From Planctomycetota bacterium (GTDB lineage: Bacteria; Planctomycetota; UBA11346), in the NCBI GenBank assembly GCA_038231435.1, contig JBBRLJ010000008.1:1-64000 (forward strand): 64,000 nt of DNA, given 5' to 3'. The position numbers and the translations under genes are program-made. Positions 50,305 to 58,849 of this stretch are shown here, piece after piece (position 1 is the first letter of the stretch; every line of letters begins with the position of its first letter). The notes below the pieces were generated by a model. That model was not told the DNA's origin. It was given only the letters and a program-made list of their open reading frames with translations, and did not search any database.

Positions 50305-52146
50305 TCACCAGATGACCAGGGTCATGCCCACCCGGCCATGGCCGCGCGCCGTGGCCGTGATGCGCCACAGACGATCGGTGCGCCAGGTCCTGCGCAGGCC
50401 CGGATCCTCGAGGGGGAATTCGTCGATGGCCACCTCGGCCCCTGGAAAATCCAAGGTGAAGCGACCGCGGCGCGGATCCTCGATGGCGTACCAGGTGGTG
50501 ACGGCGGTGATGGCGCCATCGCCCTCGATGCGATCGTCGACGGTGATGCGCTGGGCGACGCGATCGAAGCGGACCGTGCGCGCGACGCGGCGTAGTCCGG
50601 CGCCCTGCGCATAGCAGGCGGTGAGGTCGGCGCTGAACTCGTCGGCGCTGCTCGAGGAGGACGCGCGCACGTCGCGAGCGGCATGCTCCGTGCCCGGTTG
50701 CTGCTCATGGCCGTTGACCACCGGCGCGTTGTGTCCGCTGCCCCGGATGCACCAGATGGAGTAGCGTTCCGAGGAAAAGGTGCGTATCGAGTAGGCCTCG
50801 ACGCCCGGGTCGACCACCACCGGGATGCCGTGCTTGAGCACGTGCACGCAGCCAACGTCGTTGTGGTTGTGGTTCTCGCCGTTGTGGCCGCCCTTCACCG
50901 CCAGCACCAGGCCAGGGGTGCGCACCACCAGTACCTGGAGATCGGGCATCCAGGTGCGCGGCGCAGGCGGCGCCGCCGCGGGCCGGCGTGGCGCTGGATC
51001 CATCCAGAACAGCTGCCAGAGCAGGTCCTGCAGTGCAGCGCCGGTGCCGGCACTCTGCAGCGCCTCGGGCGATTCATCGGCATCGAAGCCACGGCATTCG
51101 AGCCAGGCCAGCTCCTGCAGCGCTGGCAGGCCCAGGCGTTCGCCCACCCGCCAGCCGACCGCTCGGCGAACGCTGCCGGTACCGACATTGTCGCCGAAGG
51201 GCAGGAACCAACGTCCGCCGAGATGTGCGTTGGCTGGGAATGCGCCGAGCGCGGCGAACTGCGGATGATCGAAGAAGGCGATGCGCCCGCCGCTGGCGTG
51301 GTGCAGGGATTCGAGGAACAGGAAGAGGGTGCCGAAGGCCACGCCCCAGTAGCGCATGCCTTCATCGCAGCCGCCATCCGGACCGTAGTTCGCCAGGAAG
51401 CGATCGCCGCACTCGAGGAAACGGCCAACCACCTGCTCCATGCCGGCGCGGTCGCGCGCGTGCGCGAGCACCACGCGGCCGGCGTTGGCGACGATCCACG
51501 GTGTCCAGTTGTTCCGGCCGCTGAGCCAGTGCCAGTCGTCGATAGTGGTGACCGGATCGACGATGCGCGTGCGCAAGTCGTGCAGCAGGCGCGGCACGAT
51601 CGACGCATCCATGTCGGCGAGATCCTCACCGAGCAGGTCGAGCGCATCGGCGACCACCGCCCCGGTCTCGGCAGCGAACAGATCGACGACCGGCAGCTGG
51701 TGCTGGGGCAGTCCAAGGCGTGCGCCGGTGGTCCGGTGCGCGGCATGCGCGGGGATGCACCAGGTGCTCTCCTCCGCCAGCGCCCATAGCGCGTCGAGCG
51801 AGGCGTCGAGCCAGCGAGGCTCACGAGTTGCGGCGAAGGCGAGGGTGACGTAGGCGAGATGCTGCCGACGAGCGAAGTATGGCGCTTCGCCGCGCACGCG
51901 GTTGCCGGTGCGGACGCTATCGAGGTAGAGCGAGGCAGGCAGCGCCGGCCAGCCGGCGGCGACGGCCGCTTCCGCCTTGGCGAGGATCCAGGCGCGCCGC
52001 TCGGGCGTGAGCACGCGCTCCCAGGCGGCACGGTCTCGCGCCGAGGGCCACGCGCGCCAGGCGCCGGGCTCGGGAAGGGTGGCGCGCCGCTCGGGCGTGA
52101 GGCGTGAGGCGAGTGATGCCGCGGTCGCCATGGGCTTCTCCATCAT
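50305..52146 (-). CDS. Heparinase II/III-like protein
   Basis: NNWTPW, DGGCDEG..YW, KGGHNGENHNHNDVG, VVDPG. Confidence 0.85.
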   Translation of the reverse strand: MMEKPMATAASLASRLTPERRATLPEPGAWRAWPSARDRAAWERVLTPERRAWILAKAEAAVAAGWPALPASLYLDSVRTGNRVRGEAPYFARRQHLAYVTLAFAATREPRWLDASLDALWALAEESTWCIPAHAAHRTTGARLGLPQHQLPVVDLFAAETGAVVADALDLLGEDLADMDASIVPRLLHDLRTRIVDPVTTIDDWHWLSGRNNWTPWIVANAGRVVLAHARDRAGMEQVVGRFLECGDRFLANYGPDGGCDEGMRYWGVAFGTLFLFLESLHHASGGRIAFFDHPQFAALGAFPANAHLGGRWFLPFGDNVGTGSVRRAVGWRVGERLGLPALQELAWLECRGFDADESPEALQSAGTGAALQDLLWQLFWMDPAPRRPAAAPPAPRTWMPDLQVLVVRTPGLVLAVKGGHNGENHNHNDVGCVHVLKHGIPVVVDPGVEAYSIRTFSSERYSIWCIRGSGHNAPVVNGHEQQPGTEHAARDVRASSSSSADEFSADLTACYAQGAGLRRVARTVRFDRVAQRITVDDRIEGDGAITAVTTWYAIEDPRRGRFTLDFPGAEVAIDEFPLEDPGLRRTWRTDRLWRITATARGHGRVGMTLVIW

Positions 52147-53168
52147 GATGCTGCTCCCGACAGGAGTATTCGCCCATCGCAGCTGTCGTCAGGCCTGCTG
52201 TCGGCCGGTGCGCGCATCGCCGCTTCGATCAGGGTCGCGATCGGTTTCAGGATCTCAGCTTCCCAGGCGGGACGACGCGGGCACGCGGGGTGCGGCTGCG
52301 CATCCACCATGCCGCCGTCGGCTCCGCCGCGCAGGCTGAGGAACACTGCGGCACTGTGCTTATAGGCCGGCACCGGATCGCGGAACGCGACCATGCCGAG
52401 CGCCTGCAGCGCGTCGTTCAGCGCGAAGAAGCGGGCATCACCCGTGAGCCACCACAGGTCGCGCAGCGCGAACGCCTCGGGATGGAAGGTCGACAGGCCG
52501 AGCAGGTAGTCCGAACCGTACATCACCAGATCGATGGCGAGATCGTTGCCGGTGTACATGCGGAAATCCGGCCGGCGGCGCGCGATCAGCTCCAGACGAT
52601 CGAGCTCCTGCAGGCGGTCGAGCGACGAATGCTTGGCGCCGACCAGCTGCGGGATGTCGAGCAGCCGCTCCCAGGTCTGCAGGTCGTAGATGCGTCCGAA
52701 CGGCGCGAACACTGGCGACAGCTCGAAGCCCAGCGCGCGCGGCACGCCCTCGAGGATGGCGCGGTACAGCGCCGGGATGTCGACGCCCGGCGCAGCGAAC
52801 AGCGGCGATTGAAAGACGATCGGCGTCGCTCCGACGTCCATGATGTCGCGGAGCGAACGCCGGTAGGCGGCGAGCGCGTCATCCCCATCGTTCGAGGGCA
52901 GCGCCCCAGCCACCATCGGCGCGTTCGGGCCGATGGACTTGCGCGCGCGCGCGAGCGCCTCGCGCCGCTGCGCCGGGGTCAGCTGCGGCCCGAAGCCCGT
53001 ATCCATGTTGATCGCCGGATCGAGCCCAGCGCGCACGCAGCGCAGCAGATGCCCCTCCCACTGCGCCCAATCAGGCTCGTTCCCACGGAAAGGCAGCAGC
53101 ACCGCGGTGATCCCATGGATCTTCCGCCTGGTCACGATGCGCCCGACGATCGACGTAATGGTGTTCAT
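52143..53168 (-). CDS. Dihydrodipicolinate synthase-like aldolase/lyase
   Basis: AVLLPF, NMDTG, VGAKHSSLDR, YTGND. Confidence 0.75.
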   Translation of the reverse strand: MNTITSIVGRIVTRRKIHGITAVLLPFRGNEPDWAQWEGHLLRCVRAGLDPAINMDTGFGPQLTPAQRREALARARKSIGPNAPMVAGALPSNDGDDALAAYRRSLRDIMDVGATPIVFQSPLFAAPGVDIPALYRAILEGVPRALGFELSPVFAPFGRIYDLQTWERLLDIPQLVGAKHSSLDRLQELDRLELIARRRPDFRMYTGNDLAIDLVMYGSDYLLGLSTFHPEAFALRDLWWLTGDARFFALNDALQALGMVAFRDPVPAYKHSAAVFLSLRGGADGGMVDAQPHPACPRRPAWEAEILKPIATLIEAAMRAPADSRPDDSCDGRILLSGAAS

Positions 53169-53249
53169 GACTGTATTCCTCTGTGCCCGAGATCCGTCCG
53201 TTGTCTTCCGTCTTCCGTCTTCGCTCTTCCCAGTTCTCCCTTTCCCACG

Positions 53250-54074
53250 CTAACACCTCTCCCGATACGCCTTCACCACCTCTCCCAACCACACTCCCTG
53301 ATCCATCGCCCACTTCTCGCTCGAGAAGATCTCCACCTCGTTCCACCCTTTGAACCCCGCCCGCTCCACGCACCCGCGGATCCCAGCGATGTCGATGCAG
53401 CCATCGCCCATCAGCCCGCGGTCGGTCAGCAGGTGGCGCGTATCGACGCGCCAATCGCAGAGATGGAACGCCAGCAACCGCTTCGCTTGCCCCAGCGCGG
53501 CGATCTCGACCTCGAGCTCGGGATCCCACCAGCAGTGGTAGACGTCGACCGCGACCCCGACGTGGTCGCTGGCGATCGCCTCACACAGCTCGCGCGCCTG
53601 GCGCAGGCTGTTGATCGCCGAACGGTCGGCGGCGTACATCGGATGCAGCGGCTCGACCGCGAGCTTCACCCCGCGTGCGCGCGCGTGTGGCTCGATCGCG
53701 TGGATGCCCTCGGCGATCTGACGCCGCGATTCATGGAGCGGCTGTCCAGGAACGGCGCCGCAGACCAGCACCACCAGCGGCGCGCCGATCGTCGCGGCCT
53801 CGTCGATCGCCTGCTTGTTGTCGTCGATGGCGCGCTGGCGGCCGGCGACGTCGAGCGCGGGGAAGAAGCCGCCGCGGCAGAGCGACACCACCGCGAGCCC
53901 GGAATCGCGCAACATGCGCGCGGATTCCGCGACGCCTTCCAGCGCCAGGGCATCGCGCCACACCGTGATGCCAGCAACGCCGGCGGCGCGGTAGCCGTCG
54001 AGCGCCTGGCGCAGCGACCAGGGTTTGGTCGTGGCGGTATGGATGCACAGCCGCGAGAGGAGGGGGTCCGGCAT
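53250..54074 (-). CDS. Sugar phosphate isomerase/epimerase (xylose isomerase-like TIM barrel)
   Basis: SLCRGGFF, LAVEPLHPMY, DVYH, FHLCDW, EVEIFS. Confidence 0.88.
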   Translation of the reverse strand: MPDPLLSRLCIHTATTKPWSLRQALDGYRAAGVAGITVWRDALALEGVAESARMLRDSGLAVVSLCRGGFFPALDVAGRQRAIDDNKQAIDEAATIGAPLVVLVCGAVPGQPLHESRRQIAEGIHAIEPHARARGVKLAVEPLHPMYAADRSAINSLRQARELCEAIASDHVGVAVDVYHCWWDPELEVEIAALGQAKRLLAFHLCDWRVDTRHLLTDRGLMGDGCIDIAGIRGCVERAGFKGWNEVEIFSSEKWAMDQGVWLGEVVKAYRERC

Positions 54075-54082
54075 GACGCGGA

Positions 54083-55270
54083 TCAGCGTGCTGCGGCGTG
54101 CGATGCCGCAGCCTGACCGGCGGGCTGCATTGCGGGTACGTCGACCCAGCGCCGCTGCTTCCAGCTTTCGACGCCGAGCTCGGCGAGCTGCACGCCCTTC
54201 GCGCCTTCGCGCAATGTCCAGCGAAAGGGGGCGCCGTCGACGACGTGCGCAAGGAACAGCTCCCACTGCGCCTTGAAGGCGTTGTCGTAGACCAGCGGCG
54301 ATGGCACCTCGGACCAACCGGCGCGGAAGTCGATGGGACTGTCGACGTCGGGATTCCATACCGGCTTGGGTGTCGCCGCCATGTGCTGCGACCAGCACGA
54401 GCGCAGTCCGGCGACCGCCGAGCCGCTGGTGCCGTCGACCTGCAGGGTGAGCAGGTCGTCGCGGCGCACGCGCACCGCCCACGAGGAATTGAAGTGGCAG
54501 ATCACGCCATTCGCACAGCGGAAGGTCGCGTAGGCGCTGTCCTCGGCGGTGACGCGGTAGCGCTGGCCCTTCTCGTCGACGCGTTCGGGGACGTGGATCG
54601 CGCCCATGCACGACACCGCCTCGACCTCGCCGAACAGGTTGTCGACGACGTAGCGCCAGTGGCAGAGCATATCGCTGATGATGCCGCCGCCATCCTCGGC
54701 GCGGTAGTTCCACGACGGGCGCTGCCCGGGCTGGTCGCTGACGTCGCCGGTGAACACCCAGTAGCCGAATTCGCCGCGCACCGACAGCAGGTCGCCGAAG
54801 AAACCTTGGCTTTTCAGCATCGCCAGCTTGCGCAGGCCCGGCAGCCAGAGCTTGTCCTGGACCACGCCGTTGGGCACGCCGCGGTCTTCACACAGCTTGG
54901 CCAGGCGCAGCGCCTCGGCGGTGGAGATCGCTGTCGGCTTCTCGCAATAGATCGCCTTACCGGCGGCCACCGCCTTCTCGACGAAGCCGGCGCGCGCGGT
55001 GGTGGTCGACGAATCGAAGAAGATGCGGTTCTTGGCGTCACCGAGCGCGGCGTCGAGATCGGTGGTCCACTTCAGGCCACCGTGCGCCTTGGCCAGCGCC
55101 TCGAGCTTGCGGCCATCGCGACCGGTGAGGATCGGCTCGGGGATGATCATCGATCCATCCGCCGCGCGTACCCCGCCTTGCTTGGCGATGGCGAGGATGG
55201 AGCGCGCCAGGTGCTGATTGGCGCCCATGCGTCCGGTGACGCCGCTCATGATGATGCCGATGGTGGTCAT
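54083..55270 (-). CDS. Gfo/Idh/MocA oxidoreductase
   Basis: GVTGRMG, YCEKP, QRPSWNYR..DGGG. Confidence 0.9.
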   Translation of the reverse strand: MTTIGIIMSGVTGRMGANQHLARSILAIAKQGGVRAADGSMIIPEPILTGRDGRKLEALAKAHGGLKWTTDLDAALGDAKNRIFFDSSTTTARAGFVEKAVAAGKAIYCEKPTAISTAEALRLAKLCEDRGVPNGVVQDKLWLPGLRKLAMLKSQGFFGDLLSVRGEFGYWVFTGDVSDQPGQRPSWNYRAEDGGGIISDMLCHWRYVVDNLFGEVEAVSCMGAIHVPERVDEKGQRYRVTAEDSAYATFRCANGVICHFNSSWAVRVRRDDLLTLQVDGTSGSAVAGLRSCWSQHMAATPKPVWNPDVDSPIDFRAGWSEVPSPLVYDNAFKAQWELFLAHVVDGAPFRWTLREGAKGVQLAELGVESWKQRRWVDVPAMQPAGQAAASHAAAR

Positions 55271-55371
55271 GCGTCTGTCTCCTGGAAAAAGGTCTGATCG
55301 AGTGGCCCGATGAACGAGATGACGGATGTCAGGTGGAAGGTCTGGTCGAAGGACTGGAGGAAGGTCTTCAT
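55267..55371 (-). CDS. Candidate 34-aa small protein
   Basis: MKTFLQSFDQTFHLTSVISFIGPLDQTFFQETDA; ATGA overlaps at both ends. Confidence 0.35.
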   Translation of the reverse strand: MKTFLQSFDQTFHLTSVISFIGPLDQTFFQETDA

Positions 55372-56627
55372 GCCCGTCCGCTGCCGCGCTGTCCGCCGAA
55401 AGCGATGAGGCGGCCCGGCTTCGCCCACGACGAGCCGAGTTCGGACGGCATGCGCTCGGTGGCGTAGGCGCGTTCCAGCTCCTCGTCGAGACTCGCGACG
55501 CTGCGCCGGCGGCGCTCGCCGTCGTGGGTCACCATCGCCGCGGGAAAATCCACGATCTCCGCCGAATCGCTGGCGCCGTTGACCACGCGCAGGTGCGGCA
55601 GCGCTGCCGATGGCGGGCAGGGGGGCGCCGCGCCGCCGCGCACCGCCGCGCACATGGCCCACAGCTTGCCGGCGTCGCCAGCGTCGACCGGAGCGCCGTA
55701 ATCGATGCGTGTCCCATCGGCGAGCTCGGCGACCAGCGACTGGCCGGAGTAGCTGACCCTCGCGCGCTCGAAGCGGTACTCGCACACCGGTCCGCGCAGG
55801 CGGATGCCGGCGTGGGTGACGTAGAACAGCAGCTCGGCGCCTGCAGCGCGCACGCGCAGGGCCGCGGTATCGTAGTTCTCGATCGGGTTGGCGCGCGCGA
55901 TCTCGGCCTGCACGCTATCGGCTTCGGCCGAGACATCGATGCGCGCGCCGAGCACGAACAGCATGTTGTGCAGGTAGTGGGCGGTCGCGTTGGCGACCGG
56001 GCTGTCGAGGATCCACGCGCCGTCGTCGGCGCGCTTGCGACCGGCCCAGCGGTTGCGCGCGTAGTAGGCGTCGTCGCGCGGCCACAGCGCGATGGTCTTC
56101 AGCACCCGCGGTCGGCCGAAACGGCCGCTCATGATATCCCCTTTCAGGCGCAGGATCGCCTCGCAGTAGGACCACTGGAAGCCCACGCCGGCGTGGCGGC
56201 CGCTCGCGGCGTGCGCGGCGGCGATGCGCTCGCCGTCGGCGATCAACGCGCACAGCGGCTTCTCGACCAGCAGGTGGCTGCCGCGGTCCAGCGCGAGCAG
56301 CGACTGCGGCGCGTGCAGGTGGATGGGCGAGCACAGCACCACCAACTCGGCGGCGCCGACCGACGACGCATCGACGGCCGCGTAGTACGCCTCCAACGAG
56401 GCGAAGATCGGGATGTTCTGCAGACGCAGTTCGGGCAGCCGCGCGCAGCGCTCGGGATCCGGGTCGATGCCCGCGACCAGTCGCGCGCGCCCGGCGTTCG
56501 CGGCATCCAGCAACGGCTTGAGGTAGGTGTCGCCGTAGCCGCCGAGCCCGCACAGGACGACATTCACCGGAGATTCGGCATTGCGGCCGATGGACGTGGA
56601 TCCAGACGTGGATGCGGGGGAAGGCAT
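55368..56627 (-). CDS. Gfo/Idh/MocA oxidoreductase
   Basis: CGLGGYG, LVEKP, YYARNRWAG, NATAHY. Confidence 0.88.
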   Translation of the reverse strand: MPSPASTSGSTSIGRNAESPVNVVLCGLGGYGDTYLKPLLDAANAGRARLVAGIDPDPERCARLPELRLQNIPIFASLEAYYAAVDASSVGAAELVVLCSPIHLHAPQSLLALDRGSHLLVEKPLCALIADGERIAAAHAASGRHAGVGFQWSYCEAILRLKGDIMSGRFGRPRVLKTIALWPRDDAYYARNRWAGRKRADDGAWILDSPVANATAHYLHNMLFVLGARIDVSAEADSVQAEIARANPIENYDTAALRVRAAGAELLFYVTHAGIRLRGPVCEYRFERARVSYSGQSLVAELADGTRIDYGAPVDAGDAGKLWAMCAAVRGGAAPPCPPSAALPHLRVVNGASDSAEIVDFPAAMVTHDGERRRRSVASLDEELERAYATERMPSELGSSWAKPGRLIAFGGQRGSGRA

Positions 56628-56640
56628 GCTTGCGGACTGT

Positions 56641-56657
56641 ATATATCATATATGATC
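56641..56657. promoter_or_regulatory. Candidate GntR operator between divergent genes
   Basis: Perfect palindrome ATCATATATGAT (56645-56656) in an AT-rich patch. Confidence 0.6.
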
Positions 56658-56699
56658 GGTCAACGACTCGCCCATAACCCCTTTTATGGCAGGCATCCG

Positions 56700-57371
56700 A
56701 TGTCCGTTTCCACCCTGGCCGCTCCCCCTGGCCGCTTCCTCACCAAGCAGGAACTCGCCTACCAGGCGCTCAGGCAGGCGATCATGCGCGGCGAACTCGA
56801 ACCCGGCACGCGGGTGGTCATCGACGACGTCGCTGTGCGCCTGGGTGTCAGCATCATCCCGGTGCGCGAAGCGCTGCAGAGGCTCGAGCGCGAACGTCTG
56901 GTCGAGATCAGGCCACATGCCGGCGCGGTGGTGACGGCGCTGTCGAAAGACGACGTCGCCGAAGTGTTCGCCCTGATGGAGGGGCTCGAAGCCGCGGCCG
57001 CCGGCCCGGCGGTCGCGCGCGCCAGCGACCAGGATATCGCCGCACTGGCCGCGCTGCTCGACGGCATCGAGGCCGCGCGCAAGCGCCGCGACCACGAGCG
57101 CTGGCTCGAGCGCAACGCCGCCTTCCATCTCGAACTCTGCCGGCTGGCCGGCATGCCGCTGCTGTCCGAATTCGCGGCGCGCGTGTTCGACCGCTGGGAG
57201 CGACTGCGCCGGCACTTCTTCTCGGACGCCGCCGAAGGCACCGCACGCGCCGACCACGAGCACCGCGACATTCTCGCGGCGCTGCGCGCCCGCGACGGCC
57301 TCGCCCTCGAACGTCTCCTGCGCGAGCACAATCGCGCTGCCCGTGAATCCTACCGCAAGCGCGGCGGCTGA
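56700..57371 (+). CDS. GntR/FCD family regulator
   Basis: LGVSIIPVREAL, NAAFH, EHRDILAAL. Confidence 0.9.
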   Translation: MSVSTLAAPPGRFLTKQELAYQALRQAIMRGELEPGTRVVIDDVAVRLGVSIIPVREALQRLERERLVEIRPHAGAVVTALSKDDVAEVFALMEGLEAAAAGPAVARASDQDIAALAALLDGIEAARKRRDHERWLERNAAFHLELCRLAGMPLLSEFAARVFDRWERLRRHFFSDAAEGTARADHEHRDILAALRARDGLALERLLREHNRAARESYRKRGG

Positions 57372-57440
57372 TCATCAGAGCGCAAAGCCTCACCACCTCA
57401 GGCACCATCCATCCTGATGGAAACTCGTTTCCCAATCCAC

Positions 57441-57552
57441 CCTGCTCCCCCCTTTTCCTAAGGGGCAGGCCGGAGGCCGATGTTGGGGGGATCGCGAAGC
57501 GATCTCGGATGCCCTGTGGGCATCCGCCGGCCGAAGGCCGTAGCCCCCAACA
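57441..57552. repeat. Multi-hairpin intergenic element related to the 5302/6819 repeats (opposite strand)
   Basis: Outer stem TGTTGGGGG/CCCCCAACA encloses three hairpins; preceded by GGCC-GGA-GGCC. Confidence 0.65.
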
Positions 57553-57569
57553 GAAAGCTTGCGGTCGAC

Positions 57570-57595
57570 ATGTGTATTAGTATATTGATACACAT
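57570..57595. promoter_or_regulatory. YtrA-type operator palindrome overlapping the start codon
   Basis: ATGTGTATTA-GTATAT-TGATACACAT. Confidence 0.75.
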
Positions 57596-57974
57596 GCTAT
57601 TCCGCGTATCGCCCTCCTCGGGCGTGCCCATCTACCGCCAGATCATCGACCAGGTGATCGCATTGTCCGCCGGTAGGCGGCTCAAGGCCGGGGAATTCCT
57701 GCCCTCCGTGCGGCAGGTGGCCGACGAGCTGCAGGTGAATCCGATGACGGTCTCGAAGGCGTATTCGCTGCTCGAGCGCGACGGCGTGATCGAGTTGGTG
57801 CGCGGCAAGGGCATGCGCATGGGCGACCTCAATGCGCGGGGAAGCCTGCGCGAGCGCCAGGACGAACTCTCACCGCTGCTCCAGCAGGTGGCGGCCGCGG
57901 CGTACCGGCTAGCACTGACGCGCGAGCAGACCATCGAGTTGTTGAGCAAACATTGGCCTGGAGGCGCACCATGA
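57594..57974 (+). CDS. GntR (YtrA subfamily) regulator
   Basis: PIYRQI...LPSVRQVADELQVNPMTVSKAY. Confidence 0.92.
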   Translation: MLFRVSPSSGVPIYRQIIDQVIALSAGRRLKAGEFLPSVRQVADELQVNPMTVSKAYSLLERDGVIELVRGKGMRMGDLNARGSLRERQDELSPLLQQVAAAAYRLALTREQTIELLSKHWPGGAP

Positions 57975-58849
57975 TCGAATCCGTCCTGTCGCTCACGAAT
58001 CTGATCAAACGCTACGGCGATAAACCGGTACTCGACGGCGTCTCGCTCGACATCCCGAAGGGTTCGGTATTCGGGTTGATCGGCAAGAACGGCGCGGGCA
58101 AGAGCACGCTGCTCAAATGCGCGCTCGGGCTGATCCGTTCTTGGCAAGGTTCGGCGCGGATCCTCGGCGAGGAGACGCGTGCGCTGTCAGCGGTCGCGAA
58201 AGCGCGGATCGGATACGTGGCCCAGCCGCCGGCGATGCTGACCTGGATGACGGTCGCTGACATGATCGCCTATACCGGCGGGTTCTATCCGCATTGGAAT
58301 CAGGATCTGGTCACGCGGCTGGTGCGCGATTGGGATCTGCGCGCGAAGGATGTCGTCGGCAAGCTTTCGCCAGGACAGGCGCAGCGGCTCGCGCTGGTGC
58401 TCGCGCTCGGCCATGAGCCGGACCTGCTGGTGCTCGACGAGCCGGCAGGAAGCCTGGATCCGGAAGGCCGGCGTGCGCTGCTGAAAGAGCTGCTCGCTGT
58501 GGTCGGGGGAGGGGAGCGTACGGTGCTGCTCTCTACCCACATCACCTCGGATCTCGAGCGCGTCGCCGATCGCGTCGCCGTGCTCAAGGATGGCCGCATC
58601 GTCTTCGCGGGTGAACTCGGCGAGCTGAAGGATTCGGTCAAGCGCCTGCGCGTGGCCGCCACCGCGCCATTGCCCGCGAGCGTCGACATCCCGGGGGTCA
58701 TCTCGTACGCCGGCACCGGCGGCACGGGCCTCGCGACGGTGCGTGGCGATGTCGCGGCGGCGGCGCGTCGCTTCTCGAATGATTTCGGCGCGTCGGTCGA
58801 AGTCGAGGACCTCAACCTCGAGGACATCTTCCTGGAACTGCACCGATGA
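57971..58849 (+). CDS. ABC transporter ATP-binding protein
   Basis: GKNGAGKST, LSPGQ, LVLDEP, STH. Confidence 0.93.
   Translation: MIESVLSLTNLIKRYGDKPVLDGVSLDIPKGSVFGLIGKNGAGKSTLLKCALGLIRSWQGSARILGEETRALSAVAKARIGYVAQPPAMLTWMTVADMIAYTGGFYPHWNQDLVTRLVRDWDLRAKDVVGKLSPGQAQRLALVLALGHEPDLLVLDEPAGSLDPEGRRALLKELLAVVGGGERTVLLSTHITSDLERVADRVAVLKDGRIVFAGELGELKDSVKRLRVAATAPLPASVDIPGVISYAGTGGTGLATVRGDVAAAARRFSNDFGASVEVEDLNLEDIFLELHR

Noticed and set aside
57481..57552. Cloverleaf as a tRNA
   Set aside because: Loops are 3 nt; no anticodon loop, TTCRA or CCA
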